A stretch of DNA of 63,985 bases, filler included, from Lenisia limosa (GCA_001655205.1; 15 parts of 15 records of this genome joined end to end with filler, not necessarily neighbours in it); one strand, 5' to 3'. Shown: positions 13,341 to 26,859, numbered from the whole stretch's first letter. Numbers and translations are program-made. The notes: generated by a model from the sequence alone, not told the origin.

Positions 13341-14543
13341 TGAATAATCTTCTCAAGAATAAATAGTTTTTTTTTGAAAAAAGAAGTATTCTTTATTAAA
13401 ATTTTCCGTATTTTTGACTGGTTACAAACAGGTTTCAATTTATTTTTAAAAAAGGTCCACTATACTCAGTATAAATTAGAGTAATTGTATATTATAAAAT
13501 AAGTGCGTACTATGATCTATAATAAGTGCGTACTCTGATGTATAAGGCGAAATATTTAAAGTTAGAATGGAATACACTTTCTTTACAGCTTTGATCTGTT
13601 TAAAGAGATTGGGAAGAAAGACGATTGATATGTGACAGATAGTGCTCGATTTAAATATTGGCTTCCTATAATATGTATCATATAAGTGTGTTTTTTTGTA
13701 AACCCCCAAAACTCTGAGAAAATTACTGTATTTTTCCAAGAAAACCACTTGGCCCGGTGGAACGACAAATTGAACCGTAAACGAGCGTAACTTGCGTGAT
13801 TTATATTTAGTGTATTAAAAGTAAATATTATTGAGATAAGAGAACAATTATGACTTTCATAATGACCAATATTTAAGTTAAATTTTCGTAAAAAATAGTA
13901 TAATATGACGTCACCGGAAGTTTATGTTCAGATATCCGTGACAATTCTCTCCAACCGCAACCTACTTTAAAAGCATTTTGATATAGACTCATGAATATCA
14001 GAAAGGTGATCGATCGTTTCATCAGTGAGCTTTTCCATGAACAACTGAATTTTCTTGGTTCATTGCCAAACACATCCAAGACAAAATGCGCTCCTATGTT
14101 GAATAGAGTAATAGAGTAAAATTTATGATGTGTTTTTACGAAATAAAAAAAAAATATCAATTGTAATATCATAAAAGATCAGTGCATCAAAACGCTGAAA
14201 ATTTCTAGTACTTAAGTTGGCCCGCCCCCCTTGGTGGAGATGACAGCCTAAAACAACATCATGGTATTATGTCGAGGTGGTTTCAAAACAAGCAGATTGC
14301 TGCTTTTCCATCAAACCTGATAGAGGTGGATTTAAGGTGGTCCTTTGGTTAAAATGAATTCAGGTCTAGGCGGTCACTGTTTTTGCATTTTTTTAAAATA
14401 ATCGTCCAGTTTTCATGTAGGAAGGGTGGTCTTAAAGTTATGGTCAGAGAAGCAATTTTCAATCCCCCTCCCCTTGATTATATATTGTCCGTTTTTAAAT
14501 GATTTTGTGGTTCAATTAGTAAATACACGCCTTTAAGCTTATA

Positions 14544-15412
14544 ATGAGAATTATGTGTATTAATCCAAGTTCTTTTGTAAGAGAGTTCTTTACTCAAAGA
14601 ATCGCTGGGTGGGAATCGCCCTCCCCTGACGTTTACCTTGTAAATGAAGATGTTTGGGACGCGGAGTTTGTCATTTTCCTCCTTGAGGCTGATGAAGTCA
14701 AGGCACTCGTTCACCAAGGTATTCTATGGAGTTTCTATGCCGATTAACATATATATATGGTCAAAACCGCGAACATGATTAAAACCGCGAACGATTTTAG
14801 GCCCATAATCCATGTTTTTGATGTATTTTGCATACAATATTGAAGTGTCATGACGATGGTATCTTGCATGTATATTGGTACCCCTTCTATGCTTTTGAAT
14901 AAAACCCTGTATAAAATGAGTGTTTCGGGCGATAATTCTCAAACAAAGCGAAAGAGGGGTAAATAAGGAGCGTATTGGGTCGACAAATGAAAGAAAAGCC
15001 TCCTTTTTTGTTCGCGGTTTTAATCATGTTCGCGGTTTTAAACACCAACCTATTTATTATTGGTAATGTTAAGTTGAGTTGGAGGTTATATGGCGAAATA
15101 GAATCATATTTCTCAACTTTATTTAGGTTTCTTCTCTCATCGCACCTTTCGCTGCTCTCTAATCTGATTGACTCAACTGATCTGTGTGCTTTTCTTCAAG
15201 ATCGCCTTGCGTCGGAATACATCCGCCTTTTTGAGATTTTCTTGAGGTTTATATGTGCCAATTCCTGTAATCGTACCGACTCTTCCCACGACTGGACTGA
15301 CAAGGAGATGCGGTTTATCATCTATCGCTCCCTGAGTGAAGCCCTCGGGCTTTTGTCAAGATATCCTCTGCCAGCTCATCTTATTGATGCTGTTCGTGCT
15401 CGGTTTGAGTAG
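14544..15412 (+). CDS. KolX / P2X7-C-terminal-like accessory protein of the Kolobok element
   Basis: The C-terminus KEMRFIIYRSLSEALGLLSRYPLPAHLIDAVRARFE* matches the pattern R(Y/F)xxYR...G...RxxxPxxVxxxIRxxF. The ORF is interrupted by an inverted-repeat insert at 14759-15047. Confidence 0.6.
14759..15047. mobile_element. MITE-like insert of about 290 bp with doubled TIR motif
   Basis: aaaaccgcgaacatgattaaaaccgcgaac at the left; its reverse complement gttcgcggttttaatcatgttcgcggtttt at 15010-15039. Confidence 0.8.
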
Positions 15413-15529
15413 GATTTCGTTAATACATCTCTCTTTTGGCTTGATTAGTGATTAAATTTTACCCTCACCACATATAATACATTCCCGAAGAAAATACCAT
15501 AATTCACTTATCAACAGGTGCATAACCTG

Positions 15530-18520
15530 CACAATGACCTCTTCTTCCTCCATAGCTGGTATCAATACCCTTGCTCTTCACTTACTTTCTCTTCATCGTT
15601 CTAACTACATTTCTTCTCTCCTTAACTTTCTTCTCTCTTCTTCCTTGCAGATCTCGTTGCTCTTCTTCTCAACTTCAAGCACCGCATCATTGACGGGAAG
15701 GTCCAATTCAGATTAGTGTTCCGTGCGTTGGCAAACAACTGAACTTTGTCAATGGACGTCCATGGCTAAAATTATAAACAAATGACATTTGGTAAAAAGC
15801 ACACGAGAAGTTATCAAGATCTCAGTAATAGACATTGGTCATACTTTGACAGCAGCCTCCAGGGCAGGCTTGACATTCTTGCCAAGGTTGACCTTCAATA
15901 ATAAAAGAATGATAATTGAAAGTTACAAAACGATCAATAACAACCATTTCTACATGTTGCCTCAAAGCCTACTTTAAAACCACTGAAGGTGGGATTTGAA
16001 TTGTTACGCTTGCAGAGTGCGCTGGTATGCGTTCCTAAAAACTATCAAAAATGGTATCATTATGACATGGAGTACTCTAATTAATTCAAATAAAAGAGTG
16101 GCTAATCGGTCAGATGAGCAGGTGTCAAAAATGTCGCCGAAGACACAATGGCCGTAGGTCTTGACAGCCACTGGGACTACAATCATTTAAAAAAAGAGGG
16201 TTTTTGTCAGTGAAAAAAAAAAAAGCGGAATAGTGAAACCAAGTGAAACCGCAGACCCGTCATACCCGTCTTGCAAACCTATGCAACTGCTTTCACAATG
16301 CCTTGTCAAAACTCCGGGGGCCATGCCGAAGACACAACTCTTGCTTCATTGTCTTCGGCACCTTCAACTTATCCTAAAAAATGTGACTATTTGAGCTATG
16401 TCAAATACTGCTGTGTTAGCAATCTTTATTATTCTAACCTTTTTCCACTTCGGCATTACGTCGTCAATTGACTTCGTTTCGCAGGAGTCTTGATCATGTA
16501 GCTAAATAAAAGGTTAAATTCTTGTTGAGAAATAGAACGATACAAAATAAAACAACTTCAAACTCACCACGGTCGTCACGAAGAGCTTATGAGTTCGTAG
16601 CAGGTTCCCAATGATGCAGAAAACCAAAAGAAAACGTAGTAGAGTCCCAAAGAGTCTCACCATGGGGTTAAGGGACTTGGCACAAACATTAACAGTCGCG
16701 ATGGACTTGGACTAGGTGGGGGTTTGTCGGTGCAGGATTTCATAGCCATTGCAGAAACCAATTGTAAGGGCATTGGCTAATACGTTAATTTTGCCAAGAA
16801 TATGAAATTTTTTGCAAGGTAGCCCCCCCCCCTCAACCCTCACCTAAGACCATCGAGTGTCAAGAGACACAATGCAGCCCTTTTTGGGGTATCGGGGGAG
16901 ACTCTTAATGTCCTGGACCTCAACCTCCAGTTTGCAGTTCCAAACCTTGAAAAGTACAAACTCGTCTAAGGGTAGAGGATGCGGAATTAAAAACAAATAA
17001 AAGGTCTGGTTGGGGAAGGGGGGGGGGGTCTTCATATCACTATAAATAGAAGACACAACTCTTGCTTCATTGTCTTCGGCGCCTTGGTCGGGTTCTCGGG
17101 CCGGTGCTTGCGGGGGGGTTCGTGCTGATATTAAAATCAAACATTTGGGATCTCAACAAAAACCTCAAGTCCTAAATTGTCATTAATTGGAATTAGTGTC
17201 TAACATTATTTACATTTTTTTTATGAAAATGAAGTGAAGCCCTGTATTTTCTCCACACCTTATTATTGTTCGCAAGTCTCTCTTCAACGCTGATGTTGAC
17301 GTCGAGTTCTCCGATGACGACGACATCGAGGAAGAGTAAGAGGAGTTTGGGACCCCGTGAAGAATGACACAGAATATGATGTTGAGTCCAATGTTGAGGA
17401 TTAGTCTGTTTCTGTTTTACGTTTGTGCTAGGTTACCATTACCATTACCATTATCGTTATAACAGAATATTTGAGGAACAAAATCCAATAACAAGTGAGA
17501 GTATTGAATCTATTCGATATTCAGAGACAATGTTAATCAGCATACAAAAAATGAACTTCTTCTAGTGATACAATCAGGGAGAGTCACACACTGACAGGAG
17601 TTGTGGCAACTTCTTGGTACGTTACGAACCTCCTTCTTGTTTGTCCAAACATGGTTTCATCCATGAGGTCTCGGTTACGTAGCAAAGTGGGAGTCACTTA
17701 AGAAGTAAATTTTATTGTACACAACAGTATTAGCACTTTAGTGCACTTACAACCAGAGTTATGTCCCCACTTACGCATTCCTCTGACATGGTGGCCTAAT
17801 TCCTCATCTAGAGCCGCTGGACCAACAGCCTCAACAGCCTCAGCGCTGTGGAGGTGGTATATCGCCTCCAGTTGAGGAGACAATGTCTCCAGAGGCAAAA
17901 AGGCGCTCATTGAGCCACCTTAAAATATCTCACATTCAAGCTTGGTTGTTCAAATTTCGTTAGAGCAACAAAAGGGAGGTTGGAAAAAATGGGAGGTGCA
18001 CCCTCAGAAAACATGAAAATAGTATTCCCTGCATTTCTGTAACCTATTATTGGACCTTGTCATTGGTATTATTTTGTGTAAGTGCATAATAAAAATTTTC
18101 TGTCGGATTTTTGACAGTACTACCTAGGTAATCTTTCTAATGCTCTTTTTGAGCACCAAAAGCAGGTCTTTCTCAATGTAAACCACATGAAATTCCTCTT
18201 TCTCACTTTTTTATGCGGATCTACCATGAGCCTTGGAGTTAAAAGTAGCCACAGTAGCGAAACGTGATGACTTCATCATAAAAAGAGTGTGTTGGGTTTG
18301 TACTTTCCAAGAGTGTAATTTGGAGTTTTAGTTTTAAATCACAAACACAAATATATAAGCCCTATATTTAAAGCAGCTCCATGGGTCCAGTAGACGTAAT
18401 TGATCACTTATTGAAGTAAGGGGGGAAAGTCGCTTCTTTTGTGCACTTTTGGGTCTTAAGTAATAAGTAGAAATGTAGAAATGATTAAACAATATTTTGT
18501 GTTTTCTATCCTTACCTCCA
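15530..18520 (-). pseudogene. Decayed, intron-containing Kolobok-like transposase of element 1
   Basis: GCIVSLDTRWS (candidate first catalytic D, about 16845-16880). ANALTIGFCNGYEILHRQTPT*SKSIATVNVCAKSL is homologous to the + strand copy at 19660-19800. DNA homology of 18125-18520 (minus) to 19005-19435 (plus) is visible. Confidence 0.55.
17750..18124. repeat. Nested repeat inside element 1, homologous to 30202-30560
   Basis: Shared blocks gagttatgtcc, ctgtggaggtggtata, gctcattgagcc and gggaggtgcaccc. Ends gacagtac(t/c)acc, as at 25147-25158 and 30550-30560. Confidence 0.8.
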
Positions 18521-18984
18521 TCACAAACAGCTCATTAATACTATCCATATCTGCGGCCCGTTGCCACCACCTTAAAATGAAAGCGAAATTGAAACAATGG
18601 AAAATTGTGATAAAAATGATACAGTTAAGTTTGATTAAGACCCCCTTATCAAAAATAATAAAATATGAGTGTGTTTCAATTGTCACTATTATTGTCTAGA
18701 TAATCAAGAAAGAAATGGACTCGGCACTCATTTTTTCAGTGCTTGCAAATGGTGTTTTTCATGGTGACCTATTTTCTTTGTCTTTGTGTCAATGTTTTTG
18801 CGAACTCAAAAATTCACAGTTTGTCTTTTGTTTCAGGACAGTGTATCAAAGGATAATGGTTTATTGTTTAAAACATGTAATTTTTGGACTATTTGGATTC
18901 AATCAGGCTTCTCTCTTTTCCTGTGCTAAAATTTCAAATTGAAGAGGTTTGCTTTTATTCAATCACTCTTTTTTTTCTCTTTAA

Positions 18985-20233
18985 GGTGGTAGTTCATTAG
19001 CTGTTAAGATGGAGGTAACGATAGAAAACACTAACAATACACGGTTTTGTCGTTTTTACATTTCTTCTTAGTATTTAAGACCAAGAGCAGTCAAGAGTCC
19101 ACCAAAGAAGCGACTTTTTTTCCCAAACTCCTAAGGAAAGTAGTGATCAACTGCGTTTTCTTGGTCCCATTGGACTGCTATAAATATGGAATTTGTACTA
19201 ATTGTGTTTGTGTTACTAATACTCCAAATTGCACTCTTTCAAAGTACAGGCCCAACATACCCTTTTCATCATATTCCGCAACCGTAGACCCTTTTAACTC
19301 CAGTTTCGTTTTGGTTGAATGGATTCTTATAGGCTTTCCTTGGTAACTTTATCTGTATTTACCATGGTAGATCCACATACAAGTGAGAAAAGAACATCTT
19401 CGAGTACTCTTAAAGAGCGTTAGGAAGATCACTTACCCATGCTGCCTCAGTTCTTTTTGACGCGAAGCAGATGGCATCGTTAGCACGTAATAAGCAGTGC
19501 TGCAATCAATGCATGTCTACAAAAGTACCCGTGGTTTGCTTTAAATGTCATTATATCCTCTTCTTTATAGCAGCGCCACAACACCAAGCGTGCCTCCCAG
19601 CACATCTTCTAATTAAGTTGTTAATGTAAACTGAGTTTAGTGGTACGGTGGAAGTCAACTGATGCGCTTACCTTTGTCTGCTACAACGGCAAGATACTTG
19701 GATTGGAGATCCTTCGCCGCGACACCCCCTCCAGCTCGAAGTCCCGCAACGGAGTCCTTGTCCTCAATGTATCAGCAAAGTCTCTTGACTCCATCGGCAC
19801 CACTTGTGTCATCAAGCGTCTCTTTGCTTTGGGTATCGGCATTGAAACCACATTCAATTTCTGGGTTGAGTTTTTCAAAAAAAAAAATTTCATGCACAAC
19901 ATTTTGGATGAAAAAGTTAGTGGCCATTATAAACGACTCAAGTAAATTTAGTGAAATCCAAGGCTAAACAAGCAAGTTGTAGATAAAAATCAACATTTTC
20001 ATGTAACTACCGAAAGGACTTGCCTTATATGGAAAAACAACGGAAAATTCAAAAAAACCAGTATTTTATTAACATCTGACAGGTTTCGACTTTCAGGAGT
20101 TTACATAGCGGAAACAACTTTCTACAACTCGTAGCTATCGTTTGGTATGTTTTTCAAGCGAAATGGTCAAGATATCCGTATTCCTTTGCCATCCCGAGAG
20201 TTACTTTTGAAGAGGGGCTGAAGCGCCTCCAAA
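18985..20233 (+). mobile_element. Kolobok-like transposon 2 (5' part, cut by the scaffold end)
   Basis: TTAA|GGTGGTAG at 18981. Transposase exon TDALTFVCYNGKILGLEILRRDTPSSSKSRNGVLVLNVSAKSLDSIGTTCVIKRLFALGIGIETT at 19660-19850. Confidence 0.6.
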
Positions 20234-21174
20234 NNNNNNNNNNNNNNNNNNNNNNNNNNNNNNNNNNNNNNNNNNNNTTAATTAATTAANNNNNNNNNNN
20301 NNNNNNNNNNNNNNNNNNNNNNNNNNNNNNNNNTAATTGAATATTTAACTCAGATTGTCACAATGACGTGGGTGACGTAAACAAAAATAACATTGATAAG
20401 GTCCAATAATACGTTGCATGACAGAAAGCAGGGAGTAATATTTTCATTTTTGCTGATCCTGCTTATGATGGTTCAGGGAAGAATAATATCACCCCTCCCC
20501 CCCCCAAAAAAAAGCTGCTCAACCCGTGCTGGAGAGNNNNNNNNNNNNNNNNNNNNNNNNNNNNNNNNNNNNNNNNNNNNNNNNNNNNNNNNNNNNNNNN
20601 NNNNAAGGAGAAGCAGATGGGGAGAAGGGGGAATGAAAGCAACAGTTACGATATTAGAATCCCACGCACTTAAGTTTATCGAAGGAGGGGCAACCCTCCG
20701 ATTGCTCATGGACGTAATTGAATAGTTCGGGTCTTCTTTATCAATGGATGGGGAAGTGCTAGAATAGTGAGGGATTTTTGTACGACTCCCTGCAATTAAT
20801 TTTTTGAAGAAGCTAATTGATAAAACTGGAAATTAAAGTGTCTGAAATGGAGTTAACATTACACTATGTCGCACTTCAAATTCGGCAATTAGATTTCAAT
20901 AAATTCCATGGAGCTCTAGTAATTTGAGTGGGGAGAAGGTGAGGGGAGATAATAGTGAAACAATGAGTTATTGGATTGTTTGGATCTTCTTTTTCAATGA
21001 AAGGGGAACCACAAATCGAGGTGGGGTGGGAGTAAGTCGAATCAGATAATTTATGAAACAAAAAAAGCCAAAATCAAGGCTGACAACACACGATGGGGTT
21101 GATAAAAACAAAACGAACAAAGCTCAGGCCAGTATCCCATCACTTCAGCGTACGAGGGGGGGGGGAGGGGCGTA

Positions 21175-21335
21175 TATTTGTGTATTTGTGCGTATATTTG
21201 TGTTTTTTTGTGTATTTGTGGATATATTTGTGTTTTTTTGTGTATTTGTTTTTTGTGTATCTGTGTGTATTTGTGGATATATTTGCGTTTTTTTGCGTAT
21301 TTGTGTGTATTTGTGTGTATTTGTGCGTATTTGTA
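21175..21335. repeat. Imperfect roughly 10-bp tandem repeat (tgtgtatttg)n
   Basis: Directly visible. It explains the F/V/C/Y-rich and H/T/K/Y-rich ORFs in the track. Confidence 0.9.
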
Positions 21336-21499
21336 TGAGTCAAAAGTCTCAGGTCAAAAGTCTCCCCCCTTCTCCCACTGTAGGAAAGGCGTATTGAGCA
21401 TCAAGTCGAACTGCGTGTTTGTATTCGAGCTAGGTTCAGAGAGGAGCGTGACCAGTAGGCTGTTTACATTGGATCTTCCGGTTGAATGGCCAGAGTCAA

Positions 21500-21615
21500 C
21501 ACTGGATGATGGTGATGATGATGATGATGATGGAGATGGAAATGATGGTGATAATGTTGAAAGCGGTGATAATGGAGATGGTTCTGATGATATTAAAGAC
21601 AGTGATGATGATGGT
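21500..21615. repeat. (GAT/GGT)n trinucleotide low-complexity tract
   Basis: Directly visible. Similar tracts lie at 62980-63110 and 63355-63435. Confidence 0.9.
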
Positions 21616-22230
21616 GAGATCCCACCTTCCTCTTTCACTTATTGACCTTGCGGTGATGGGTTTGCCTGCGGGAGACACACGAACCACTGAAAATTGAGAG
21701 GAGAATAATGTCATTCACTGAATTTTGAAAGAATAGATATCACGTTAAATTGTTTCAAGTTGAATCGAGTAGACACACAAGTAGGGCTGCATTTCGGTTC
21801 GAAAAAGGACATTAAATATCGATAGTTTTCGAGGACTTATCGAGAAATTCTGTCTTTTTTTCGAACCGAAGTGAAGCATTACACAAACAATCATAGGCAC
21901 ACTCCAATATCACCCCCCCCCCCACGATCAGTCAGATAATCAGCAGAACAGTTACTCACCACACACACACAACCACTCAATCCCAAACAATCATACAGCA
22001 TGAGCCATCACCCCACGATCAGTTAGATCATCAGCAATACTCTCGGGGAAGTCGCCCCGTATTGGCCGCCGTATGTAATAGGCCAATTGCGGAAGGAGGA
22101 AGTCCACATCATAATCTGGGGGGGGGGGGGNNNNNNNNNNNNNNNNNNNNNNNNNNNNNNNNNNNNNNNNNNNNTTAATTAATTAANNNNNNNNNNNNNN
22201 NNNNNNNNNNNNNNNNNNNNNNNNNNNNNN

Positions 22231-23946
22231 GGACCCCACTGCCGTTAGTAACGAAATCTCGAGTTCCGCTATGCATGCATCTGAAGTCGCTGATGTGGGC
22301 AGGGTTATGGCTTATTTATAGGTTCTATAGTATATATTGAACATCTATTGCGTAATCGTGGGGATATCCATAACCACGCTTCCATTAAATGTTCTAATTA
22401 TATACTGGTATCCATAAAAAATATTCTTTGAGAAAAGTCATAAAAATCAGCCATTATATTTAAATCCCCATAATTACGCAATAACCCATCCAATCAGATG
22501 TTCTATATAGTATCCATAAAAAAAAAAATTTTTTTTAGAAAAGTCCATTAAATACGCCTTTATATTAAATAATTTATTGGCTGTCCAGAAAAGGACGGAC
22601 CACTCGAAAAATCTTCGAAGCTATTTTTGTTATTTTTTTTATTCTGGTCTTTTAGAAACATCATTTGACACCTTAGGCCTTAGACCACTTGACCGACTTT
22701 TCCCCTACTATCACAGCCTATTTATCCCAAGCCGTACATTTGGTGGGGGGGTGGGGTGTACATATATATATATATATATNNNNNNNNNNNNNNNNNNNNN
22801 NNNNNNNNNNNNNNNNNNNNNNNNNTATCGAGTTTTCGAGGATATATCGAGAAATTCAGTCTTTTTTTGAACCGAAGTCCTAATTGTTACTATGTACAAA
22901 GGAACACCGCGTTCTTTTTGTACCTTCTACCAACCTCAAACCCCCACACACATATACGCGTATGACTGAGGACGGGGTGTCGAATTGGACAATTTATATG
23001 GATTAAAAAGGGTAATATTGATGTTATATTACAAGTTAACCCATATCCACTAGTGATATGATCATATGATCGACTTTCAGTCGAAATGAATGACATGATA
23101 TTAGCTTTATAGTAGTCCATACCAAACAATGCACCCCCCCCCCCCCCNNNNNNNNNNNNNNNNNNNNNNNNNNNNNNNNNNNNNNNNNNNNNNNNNNNNN
23201 NNNNNNNNNNNNNNNNNNNNNNNNNNNNNNNNNNNNNNNNNNNCGACAGGAAGAGTTGATTTGGGCTTTTTGTTTTTCGTTTCAAGAATTAATACTTTCC
23301 ACACCTATTCTAATCCACCCTAGTTTGACAGTCGAAAAGAGGCCCGATTGAGTGCGATGGCTCGATCCGAGAAGGCGGATGAGTACATGCTTGCTGGGAA
23401 GGTGGGGGCTAAAGTACATGGTTGCTGGCAAGGTGGGGGCTAAAGCAGGTCTCCTAACGAGATTCATTACATAATCATGAATTTTGGTCAGAAGTAGTCA
23501 AAAGCTATACCCCAAATCCATGGGAATATTCCTACTCATCGGGTTTAATTCTAGCTCAGCGGGAGTGCCGAAAAATACCTGTAAAATATGGATAATTTTC
23601 GAAAATTTATCGAGAAATTTAGTCTTATTTCGAACCGAAGTGATTAGCGACCTGCTTGAAGTGGTGCTAAGAATTGCTTTGGTAAAAATATGACAAACTT
23701 CTTTTGACATGATGAAACATTTTTATTTAATTACTCACATAACTTATCCAGTTTTATTACAATACTCGCATAACGTCCCTTGTTTTATTAAGATATATCA
23801 CCTAACTTCCTCAGTTTCTATCGCATACACTGTGTGGGACTTCTCCAGTTATCTAACTACCTTCACCAGTTTGACAAGGCTGCCGAGGACCATCTTTTCA
23901 CCACCAATGTCTTCAGAAAGCAGCAGTGGCACACCATCCTTCAACG
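22231..23946 (+). CDS. Hypothetical helical-repeat protein fragment (TPR-like; TRAPP-subunit-like at best)
   Basis: AG/GT-bounded exons RKEARLSAMARSEKADEYMLAGK and LSNYLHQFDKAAEDHLFTTNVFRKQQWHTILQR. Confidence 0.35.
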
Positions 23947-25482
23947 TGCGTTTTTTTTTTGTTTGATATTACAGTATTTAGTTTATTGTTTTATTGTTAT
24001 TGTTTTTGTTTTGTTTGGTTTTTTTTNNNNNNNNNNNNNNNNNNNNNNNNNNNNNNNNNNNNNNNNNNNNTTAATTAATTAANNNNNNNNNNNNNNNNNN
24101 NNNNNNNNNNNNNNNNNNNNNNNNNNTATTATTATTATTATTATTATATATCATATACTGTATGACATATTATCATAAATCATATGATGTACTATGTACT
24201 ATGTACTATTGACGCACAAGTTTTTCTTTTAAAATAAAAAGAAGCGGGAAAAGAAAGAAGAGATCTCTCATTTTTCTATTTTGGGTGACAATTTCCTGAT
24301 CTTCCTGTTGTGCCTTCCCAGGAATGTAAGTTTATTTGATTGAACAGTTGTTTACATCTACTGGTAGCATTATCTCCAAACAGTAAATCTCTGAAGCGAG
24401 TCAAAAGCAAAAAGGGAATTCTCAGATTGTTCTCTGCAATTCTAATTATTTAAGAGGATCAAAAAGACCGCTGGGTGGTGTTACTTACCTTGTTAGAGTT
24501 GAGTCATCAATTGTTGCTGACATTAAAATGAGCCTCAAATTCAGCCTTACAGAAGATGAAAAAAGATCATGAAGAAGGGTTAAGACCAAGTCAACATCTA
24601 TTGTCCGTTCATGAATCTAAAATTATCAGTTATAGAAAGGATAAATGATAACATATGGAATCAGAAACCCATAAAATTGTTTGGGACCGAAAAAAAAAAA
24701 AAAAAACTTGAACCANNNNNNNNNNNNNNNNNNNNNNNNNNNNNNNNNNNNNNNNNNNNNNNNNNNAGGCAACCGAGAATGAGGTAAGAAACACGATTAA
24801 ACTGCAAGAGTATGGTTAGTATCCCTTTTATTCAAGATATCATAGTATATTATATACTAGTATATGGAACAACAAATAATGAAACAACCTTGGCATCAAT
24901 TTCTCAATTCCTCCTTATTATGTACTAAAGGGACACCAACAACAAAGAACTGTTTCCTATTTTCACAACGAAACATCTTCTTCAGTCTATGAGTATGGAA
25001 AACGTTTTGTAACAAACTACCTGTGATCATCGTTTTCTTCACTAGATCCAAGGCAAAATTGGTGTTTAGTGTGAAAAAGTTGGCATCTTTAAAACCTTCT
25101 CGTTGTACTCTAATTATAAATTATTGAAAATTATCCAAATGTGGCCGACAGTACCACCTTAATTGCATTAATTTGTTTTTTTGTTTATTAATTAGAGTAT
25201 ATCAATGATATCATGTCAGATAATGAATAATAATGATATGGATGAATACAGTGACTGAGGCAAGTCTGATCAATAAAACCCGATTTTTCTTGAATATAAT
25301 TAATCAACACTTATCAAATGTCTGAGTATACGATTTCAGAGTCCCAATCAATTGTAGTTCTTGGAATAACAAATAGTTTACGCGGGTTGGCAGTCTGTGT
25401 TTCAATGTTGAAAAGCCACATAAAAAATATATAACGTACTTATGCACACAATAATAACAAAAACAAGGTTCAATAATAGGTT

Positions 25483-26119
25483 GAAATTGGCATCTAACAA
25501 CGTGAAAATCCATTGAATGCCAAAAAAAAACTGAAACAAATACTAAATAATGACAAAATTGATAATTATCTTAAAATTCCAGGAAAATTTATACCTGGAG
25601 CCTGGGGCCCGGGATACCTTGAAAGACAGGTCCAAAAATCTTGCTGTTTTGGTGTTTTCCGTTTTTCTTTGATTCTGGAAAAAGTTTGCGGAAGTAACAT
25701 AACTTTTGTGATATTTTTGTGAATTTGACCCCAAAAGTTCCAGAAATTCTTTACTTGNNNNNNNNNNTTCGGTTTCTAACGTCATTTTAAAAGGATGTAA
25801 GATAAGAAAAGGCTGTTTTTTCGACTTTTAAAACCGTTTTTCCAATTAGGCAAGTAAGGAACTTTCTGGAACTTTTGAGGTCACATTCACAAAAATATCA
25901 CAAAAGTTTTGTTCCGCAAACTTTTCCCGAAATCTAAGAAACAGAAAACACCAAAAACAGCAAGATTTTTGAACCTGTCTTTCAAAAAAGGTACCCCGGG
26001 CCCCCCGATATGAATTTTCCTGCAATTTTAAGAAAATTATCAATTTGGTCATTGTTTAGTGTATTTGTTTCAGTTTTTGTGGCATTCAATGAATTTTCAC
26101 GTTTTTAGGGGCCAATTTC
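25483..26119. mobile_element. Foldback element: about 275-bp imperfect inverted arms with a spacer of about 90 bp
   Basis: 25483-25757 is the reverse complement of 25851-26119 (for example gaaattggcatctaacaacgtgaaaat versus ttttcacgtttttaggggccaatttc). Confidence 0.88.
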
Positions 26120-26859
26120 TAAGAACACCCAATAATCGGATATAATCGGATATATAATTATTGATTAAGATTATAAAATTAAATAATAGTATATCAGGCT
26201 ATAAACCTCTGGGCCGTGATATCTCTTGGTTGATCTGGACTTCTTCAATAAATTTTGGCGCCAGGTATTATAACAGTTTTAAGCTTAGGTGCCTGCTTGT
26301 AATTTTGGGCCATGTCTCTTCTAGTGAAGCTGTTATTTGTGCTTTTGGAGGTTTTACCCAATATTTAAAATCGATTTCCGTGTTATTTTCATCATCTGTC
26401 TTGTTCATGATAAGGCATTTATAAACATTTGCTAAAAGTAGATACAAAATTCTAAAACTGCTTAATTTAGAAAGTTCAGTTCAGTTCAGTTCATTTTTTG
26501 GAAAATAAAATCAAAAACATGAACTTGGGATCTATGGTGACAAATCTTCGTTTTTTCAAAAACAATTGAAGATAGGCTCGAAAACGAAAGCAAGACATTC
26601 CTTAAGCTATTTATCTGGAGGACGGGAAAAAAGGTCCAATAATTAAAAATATTTTACAATTTCTTTATTTTTTTGAATTTTCCAACCCCCCCTTCATTTT
26701 TATACATTGGTGGGGGTATTAAATAGAAATTTTGCACGGTCAAAATGAGTGAAATCTGGCTTTTTTTTGAAAAAATCAATTCTCGATTTTGCGATTTCTT
26801 TTTTTTCCATTCTGCTTGCATTTGCGATTTCTTTTTTTCCATTCTGTTTCGGTATTAAA

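Larger units (their letters stand above)
14336..18571 (-). mobile_element. Kolobok-like DNA transposon 1 (about 4.2 kb, decayed, with nested insertions)
   Basis: TTAA at 14332-14335 and 18572-18575, with termini GGTGGT...ACCACC. A KolX-like ORF on + and transposase remnants on - lie tail to tail, matching the known Kolobok layout. Confidence 0.65.

Noticed and set aside
21053-21714. Overlapping ORFs rich in F/V/C, H/T/K, D/G or M
   Set aside because: They are translations of microsatellite and tandem repeats.
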